From contig CAIVWH010000031.1 in assembly GCA_903909605.1 (NCBI GenBank), forward strand, positions 3,704-67,703: 64,000 bases of DNA, written 5' to 3'. This DNA is from an uncultured Micrococcales bacterium (GTDB taxonomy: Bacteria; Actinomycetota; Actinomycetes; Actinomycetales; Microbacteriaceae). The notes under the pieces were generated by a model that had not been told where the DNA came from, ran no database searches, and saw only the letters and a list, made by a program, of their open reading frames with translations. Position 1 is the first letter of the stretch, and each line of letters opens with the position of its first letter. A program made the translations under genes and the position numbers. Below, piece by piece: positions 56,171 through 61,182 of the stretch.

Positions 56171-57334
56171 ATGACTTCTCAAATCATCGTCATGAACTTG
56201 CAAGGCGTCGCCGTAGCGTCTGACACAGCCGTCACCAAACGCACCGAAAACAGCCTGCAGAACGCCGGCTTCGAGAGCAAGATCATCCGATTGCCTGAGC
56301 CGCACAAGGTCGCGATTCTGCATGCAGGCATGACCAACATCAACAACGTGCCGCACCTATGGCAGATTCGCCAGTGGGTCGCCACGCTCAGCAAGGCGCT
56401 ACCCACGGTCAAGGACTACGTCGACAGTTACGTGCGCTTCAGCAACGCCGACAAGGTCATGGTGCCAAATGCCACCGGCCAAGGCGTCGTGCGGTGGGTT
56501 CTTGAGTCATTCATCGATGTGGAGGCTCGCCACCTGGGCAAGAGTGCGCGCAATTCTTTCAACGCTAAGCTCACCGACAAGCAGAACATCGCCGCCGCGC
56601 GCAAGGCGATCGCTCAGCACCTGTCTGAGATGAAGGCCTTCTACAAGGAAGCGCCTACCTTCAAAGGTCTGACCCGCGAGGGCGTCGCCCGCGCCATGGC
56701 CCCACTCAAGAAGCACCTCAACAAGTATTTCGCTGAGGCCTTTGCGCAGATCCCGATCTCAACTGCTCAGACCTCAACCCTCAAGGGCATGATGGCCGAT
56801 GTGTTGCTCAAGCAAGACAGCGCACCGTCAGACTCGATCCTGCACTTTGTCGGCTTTGGCACAACCGAGCGCTATGCCCGACTCCATAAGGCGATCGTGC
56901 GCGGCAAATATGCCGGCAAACTCGTGGCTGGCGTATTTCAACTCGGGCCGCAGGTCGGCCCTGGCGAGAAAGAGAACAGCATCGACTGCTGGACCACCTC
57001 GCAGAACGACGCCATCAACTCATTCATGATGGGCTACCACCCGCAGACTCTCGAAACCGTCGACAAGGCGCTGGGCAAGGCCTTTGGCGAGAAGCTTGCC
57101 GAGGCACACCCCGACTTGGATGTTCGTTCAGCAGTTCACTCCACCACCCACCAGGCTTTCAGCCAAGCGCGCGATGAGCTCTCGCAGCCGATGTGGGATG
57201 CCCTGCGAAACCAGTCGGTCGAAAGCCTGGCGGAGTTCGCCAAGGCCATGGTCACTATCCAGTCCCTCTCGAGTTTTTACCGCGGGGATGGCACTGTTGG
57301 TGGCGATGTTGAAACGTACTTACTTCGAAAGTAG
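56171..57334 (+). CDS. proteasome-beta/HslV-like Ntn-hydrolase fold protein with large helical insertions (inferred)
   Basis: 387 aa with a GAAAGAGGGA RBS. N-terminus M-TSQIIVMNLQGVAVASDTAVT ... SKIIRLPEPHKVAILHAGMT parallels HslV and PrcB. This gives Thr1, Asp17 and a Lys at about position 36. The C-terminal TVGGDVETYLL resembles the GG-x-V-x-V-x-x-I end of beta subunits. Confidence 0.55.
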   Translation: MTSQIIVMNLQGVAVASDTAVTKRTENSLQNAGFESKIIRLPEPHKVAILHAGMTNINNVPHLWQIRQWVATLSKALPTVKDYVDSYVRFSNADKVMVPNATGQGVVRWVLESFIDVEARHLGKSARNSFNAKLTDKQNIAAARKAIAQHLSEMKAFYKEAPTFKGLTREGVARAMAPLKKHLNKYFAEAFAQIPISTAQTSTLKGMMADVLLKQDSAPSDSILHFVGFGTTERYARLHKAIVRGKYAGKLVAGVFQLGPQVGPGEKENSIDCWTTSQNDAINSFMMGYHPQTLETVDKALGKAFGEKLAEAHPDLDVRSAVHSTTHQAFSQARDELSQPMWDALRNQSVESLAEFAKAMVTIQSLSSFYRGDGTVGGDVETYLLRK

Positions 57335-57497
57335 TTGCAACTTTTTAACAGCGGGGATATCCGGGGAAACCATCTGCCAGTTCAGTAAATCGGTGATCTT
57401 GACCCACTCCATGGCATCGTGATCGGTGCTCTCGAATACCTTCTCTACGGAAAGCGCGACTTGAAACGTCACTAATTCGATTTCAAGTTCGCCGACT

Positions 57498-57902
57498 ACG
57501 GTAGCGACCCTTTTGCGGGCGCTCGGCACGCCAGACTGGCCCGGTTTGAATGGCCTTGAAAACTCGTGGCAGCTTGGCTGCGTTGGTGGCGTAGTAGCGA
57601 GTCAGCGGAACAGTCAGGTCAAAGCGCAGGCTGAGGTCGGCAAGGTTGTCTTTTCGCTGGTGTCGACAAGTGCGCGCTCAAGCTCTTCGCCGCGCTTCAT
57701 GACTCGGTAGGCAAGCTTCTCGTTGTCGCCACCTTGACCACTGGTCAGGCGGCTGAGGTCTTCGAGGGTCGGGGTTTCGATCTCTTGGTATCAGTGACTC
57801 TTCTATGTCTCACGGATAGTCCCGAGCACACGATCGCGCTTGGCCTTCTCGGCTGGCAAGAAGTCGCGCATGCCTCTTGGAGGGTTCACGTCTTTAGCCA
57901 TG
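57498..57902 (-). pseudogene. hisS: displaced, decayed 5' fragment of hisS (about codons 1-135)
   Basis: Aligns with 49101..49514. Carries a 10-nt deletion (near 57650) and in-frame stops: RDTYKKHGYQ in the intact copy corresponds to RET*KSH*Y here. Confidence 0.85.
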
Positions 57903-57917
57903 GGTCAAGTTTGCCAT
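57498..57917. repeat. direct repeat, right copy (decayed hisS 5' region plus 16 nt leader)
   Basis: See the left copy. The same 24-nt identical block is at 57498-57521, and similarity continues through CATGG(C/G)TCAAGTTTGCCA. Confidence 0.9.
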
Positions 57918-57939
57918 AAGGTGTTGATGAGGGGACCCA

Positions 57940-59118
57940 GTGAAAAAGTACAAATTTGAAGAACTTTCGACTGCAGATTTAGTTATCGACGCTATTTATG
58001 AGGGTGATAGGTCGACGTCGTCTTATGGCGGAGAACCATTGCACCACCTAATGCCTGGTCTTGGTACCCAGGGTGGTTTTAGAAAACGCAAGGGGCTCGG
58101 TGAAAACTTTGTCGGTCTTGTACTGACAAGTACAGGTAATGAACCTGACTGGCCTGATGAGCTAAACCCTTTCACCGGAACCTACACATATTTTGGCGAC
58201 AATCGCACGCCAGGAAAAGATCTTCACGACACTAAACCCGGTGGAAATAAGACTCTTGCACAAATTTTCGAATTGGCCCATGGCGATTCCGAGTCGCGGG
58301 CAAGATGTCCTTTGATATTGATTTTTGAATCTGTCGGCACAGGTCGCGATATGGTTTTTCGTGGTCTCGCGGTTCCTGGCACACGCCAGTTAGGTCCACG
58401 TGAAGATTTAGTAGCTATTTGGAAATCTTTTGGAGGGCAAAGATTTCAAAACTACAAAGCCATGTTCACAATCTTGGATTGTGGCTCAATTTCAGGTTCT
58501 TGGATTCGCGAAGTGTTTACTTCACGTGCCATAAATCTTGATGACCAGAGAACGCCTTTGGCTTACCGAAACTGGGTCGAATCAGGGAAGATTCAACCCC
58601 TGATGTCAGAACCGATCAAAACTCGGTCTCCTGAAGATCAGATGCCCCTTCCTGGTCTTCAAACTTTCTTAATTGAACAAATCAGAGAAACCTTTGCATC
58701 AGACCCATATGCTTTCGAACCAATTGCAGCTGAAATTTGGCGCATGTCTAGCCCGACACCAATGGAGTTTGAAATGACCAAACGTTATCGCGATGGAGGG
58801 CGAGACGCAATCGGATACCTTCTGCTCGGCCCGAAATCAGATGCTATCAAGGTCCACTTTGCGCTTGAAGCAAAACTTTACGGCAAGACCACTCGCGTTG
58901 GGGTCAAAGAAACAAGCCGGTTAATTTCTCGATTAAAGCACAGAGAATTTGGGGTGTTGGTTACGACTTCAGTTTTAGACCGACAGGCCTATGAGGAAAT
59001 TCGTTCGGATTCACATCCGATTATTGTGATATCCGCCCGCGATGTTGCAGAAATTCTCATAAGCCAAGGCGTCAATAATCCGATTTTGCTTGCGGAATGG
59101 ATTGATTCGCTCAATTAG
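57940..59118 (+). CDS. modification-dependent (type IV) restriction endonuclease, AspBHI/Mrr-like
   Basis: C-terminal PD-(D/E)xK of Mrr type with D-x20-EAK spacing (GGRDAIGY ... FALEAKLY). The N-terminal ~230-aa domain resembles the AspBHI-type modified-cytosine reader as I recall it. The gene is visibly AT-richer than its surroundings. GAGGGG RBS before GTG 57940. Confidence 0.65.
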   Translation: MKKYKFEELSTADLVIDAIYEGDRSTSSYGGEPLHHLMPGLGTQGGFRKRKGLGENFVGLVLTSTGNEPDWPDELNPFTGTYTYFGDNRTPGKDLHDTKPGGNKTLAQIFELAHGDSESRARCPLILIFESVGTGRDMVFRGLAVPGTRQLGPREDLVAIWKSFGGQRFQNYKAMFTILDCGSISGSWIREVFTSRAINLDDQRTPLAYRNWVESGKIQPLMSEPIKTRSPEDQMPLPGLQTFLIEQIRETFASDPYAFEPIAAEIWRMSSPTPMEFEMTKRYRDGGRDAIGYLLLGPKSDAIKVHFALEAKLYGKTTRVGVKETSRLISRLKHREFGVLVTTSVLDRQAYEEIRSDSHPIIVISARDVAEILISQGVNNPILLAEWIDSLN

Positions 59119-59294
59119 TTGTAAGCCATGAAGCTACTTGCTCCAACGGTTTTTCCAACTTCGAGCCCTGAAAACAACACCTGCCATTGATGACCCATGG
59201 AAGTGTTCAATCAATTTCAATCTCACACGACATAGCCGCACGGGAAATGTTGAGAAATAGGATCAAGTAGCACTTGTGCTAATGGATTTTGCTA

Positions 59295-60032
59295 CTAATA
59301 AGAACCAATAACCCCAGCATCATTGTCTGAGTCGAGCTCGAACGAGCGAATTTCAACCTGAAGTTCGCGAGTGGCCTCACGAAGGGCTCGCTCTGGTTCG
59401 AGACCGGCGGCACGAGCCGACGAGACGATCGCTAAGAGTAGTTTGCCTAGGGCGCGTTCGTCATCCATGGGTATAGCCGGGGTGTCAGAGGCATCGATCA
59501 GCCCGAGCTTCTCGGCCTTGCCAAGCACCTTGTCGGCAAGCGCCAGCGCAGGCAGAGCCTGAGGAATTCCATCGAGCACACTCTCGCGCTCTGGCTTCTC
59601 GCGCTGCTTGTGGGCATCCCAGTTGAGCATTACGTCGTCGCCGGTCTTGGCCGCGTATCGCTCGAGTTCTTCGGGTGAACCGAAAACGTGTGGATGCCGC
59701 CCCATCATCTTCTGAGCGCTGACCTCGGCGACAGTCTCGATGTTGAACGGTTCGCCAACGCTGCCAGTGGCACCAAGGTCGGTGTGAAAGATGACCTGAT
59801 AGAGCACGTCGCCGAGTTCTTCGATGATCTCGTCGCGGTCACCACTCTCGATGGCATCGATTAGCTCATAGGTTTCTTCGAGCAAGTATTTGGTGAGGCT
59901 GTTGTGAGTCTGCTCGGCATCCCAGGGGCAGCCACCCGGGCTGCGCAGCTTGTGGGCTACTGCAATCAGGTATTCCAACTTGGGATGAGACTTGATCGGA
60001 ACCTGGTGGTTTGCGGGAATCTCTGCGTTCAT
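59295..60032 (-). CDS. mazG: nucleoside triphosphate pyrophosphohydrolase MazG
   Basis: GGCPWDAEQTHNSLTKYLLEETYELIDAIE and EELGDVLYQV (EExxD/E) motifs are present. Start is at ATG 60032. Lies in the conserved position next to mfd. Confidence 0.88.
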   Translation of the reverse strand: MNAEIPANHQVPIKSHPKLEYLIAVAHKLRSPGGCPWDAEQTHNSLTKYLLEETYELIDAIESGDRDEIIEELGDVLYQVIFHTDLGATGSVGEPFNIETVAEVSAQKMMGRHPHVFGSPEELERYAAKTGDDVMLNWDAHKQREKPERESVLDGIPQALPALALADKVLGKAEKLGLIDASDTPAIPMDDERALGKLLLAIVSSARAAGLEPERALREATRELQVEIRSFELDSDNDAGVIGSY

Positions 60033-60136
60033 GGCACAAGTTTGGCAGAGCGATTTTGGGGTTGTGCACAACTGGGGCGGGTAATTGCAGCGGTTGGCAA
60101 GATGCTTGAGTGCCTTCAATTCAGTACTTCGACGCG

Positions 60137-60502
60137 ATGGAATTCAGTGCTTTCTTAGAGTCGCTAGAAACTGAGGACCGAATCCTGGTTGCCATGTTTC
60201 TGGACACCCTGGCTAAGTACGGCCCTGACGTGGACGGCCGATGGTTCAAGACTCTGCCAGATGACCTAATCCAAGTGCGAATTGGGCCAACAAGACAGGT
60301 GGTTGGTTCGCGTTTGGGTCTTTCGCTAAGCACACCTAGTGAGCCAATGCTCATTCGCATCTACCTGATTGAGTCGGGGCCGAACATCGTCATTCTGAAT
60401 GGCTACGACAAAGAAAAGGATCGATCTCGTGCAACGCAGCAAGCCGCCATTCGACTGGCCAACCTTAGGGCGGAATTGTGTAAGTCGAACCTTGCTAGGT
60501 GA
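60137..60502 (+). CDS. type II toxin, RelE/ParE superfamily, Gp49/HigB-like
   Basis: FKTLPDDLIQVRIG ... IRIYLIESGPNIVILNGYDKEKDRSRATQQAAIRLA fits the Gp49-like pattern. The start could be GTG 60110. Confidence 0.7.
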   Translation: MEFSAFLESLETEDRILVAMFLDTLAKYGPDVDGRWFKTLPDDLIQVRIGPTRQVVGSRLGLSLSTPSEPMLIRIYLIESGPNIVILNGYDKEKDRSRATQQAAIRLANLRAELCKSNLAR

Positions 60503-60846
60503 AGTGTTTTATTACATCATTGAACTGGGAGGTAATTGTGGGACAGCATGAGGAAATCTGGGCTCCGATTAAGGGCAGCTGGTCAGAGGCTGAGTGGGCC
60601 TTTTACAACCAAGGAATGCAGGCATTGCAATTCGAAGTTCAGAGAGTTCGTCTTGGGCAGTTAGTGAAAACTGCGCGCCTGGCGAAGGGGCTTTCCCAGC
60701 GAGCATTGGCTGAGCTGACTGGGGTTCAGCAGCGGGAAATTTGCCGCATTGAAAATCACAAAGGAAACCCGACGCTTGCAACGCAACACAAATTGTTCAG
60801 TGCGCTTGGCATCCGAACTGTCTTCGAGATACCTGCCGCAGCCTAG
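60499..60846 (+). CDS. XRE-family HTH antitoxin (HigA-like)
   Basis: GTGA overlap with the toxin stop. HTH segment LSQRALAELTGVQQREICRIENHKGNPTLATQHKLFSALG. Confidence 0.75.
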   Translation: MKCFITSLNWEVIVGQHEEIWAPIKGSWSEAEWAFYNQGMQALQFEVQRVRLGQLVKTARLAKGLSQRALAELTGVQQREICRIENHKGNPTLATQHKLFSALGIRTVFEIPAAA

Positions 60847-60894
60847 TTGTTGATAACCCGAGCGGGGTTTTCTGACGGGGTTTAGGTTGACGGC

Positions 60895-61182
60895 ATGATT
60901 GACGAACCCGAACTTGCCGCCGGATGGACCAAAGCCGACTGGGAGCACTACCGCCTGCTATCGCTTGCCCTGAGCCTCGAGGCTGAACGCGGGCGAATCG
61001 GTGACTTGTTGTTCGAGCGGCGCTGCGAGCAAGGGTTCACTCGCGGTCAATTGGCTCGCCTCACCGGGATGCGCGCCAAAGACATCAAGCGAATTGAAAA
61101 GGGGCGGGGTGATCCGCCGTTGAGCCTGCTGCATGGCCTGTTCGAGGTGCTCGGAATTGCTGCGCGTTACTCGGCGCTTTGA
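60895..61182 (+). CDS. second XRE-family HTH protein
   Basis: FTRGQLARLTGMRAKDIKRIEKGRGDPPLSLLHGLFEVLG. The 3' end overlaps the mfd 3' end by 16 nt. Confidence 0.65.
   Translation: MIDEPELAAGWTKADWEHYRLLSLALSLEAERGRIGDLLFERRCEQGFTRGQLARLTGMRAKDIKRIEKGRGDPPLSLLHGLFEVLGIAARYSAL

Larger units (their letters stand above)
49531..57497. mobile_element. ~8 kb genomic island inserted in the 5' end of hisS (no recognisable recombinase)
   Basis: Bracketed by the two hisS-5' repeats. Contains 12 ORFs without housekeeping character, and the displaced hisS copy is decayed. Confidence 0.7.

Noticed and set aside
49531-57497. Looked in all six frames of the island for an integrase, transposase, relaxase, reverse transcriptase, CRISPR repeats or an ADP-ribosyltransferase partner for the ARH
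   Set aside because: I could not recognise any catalytic motif of these families (R..H..R..Y, DDE, YxDD, R-S-E/H-Y-E) by eye. Their absence is noted in the findings, but it needs HMM confirmation.
57320-57529. 69-aa minus-strand ORF spanning the right island junction (MPSARKRVATVVGELEIELV ...)
   Set aside because: Its first 11 codons are an out-of-frame reading of the decayed hisS repeat, and its 3' end overlaps the Ntn-like gene by 15 nt. The remaining ~58 aa (ELEIELVTFQV ... DHDAMEWVKITDLL) might be a truncated island gene, but I cannot support a call.
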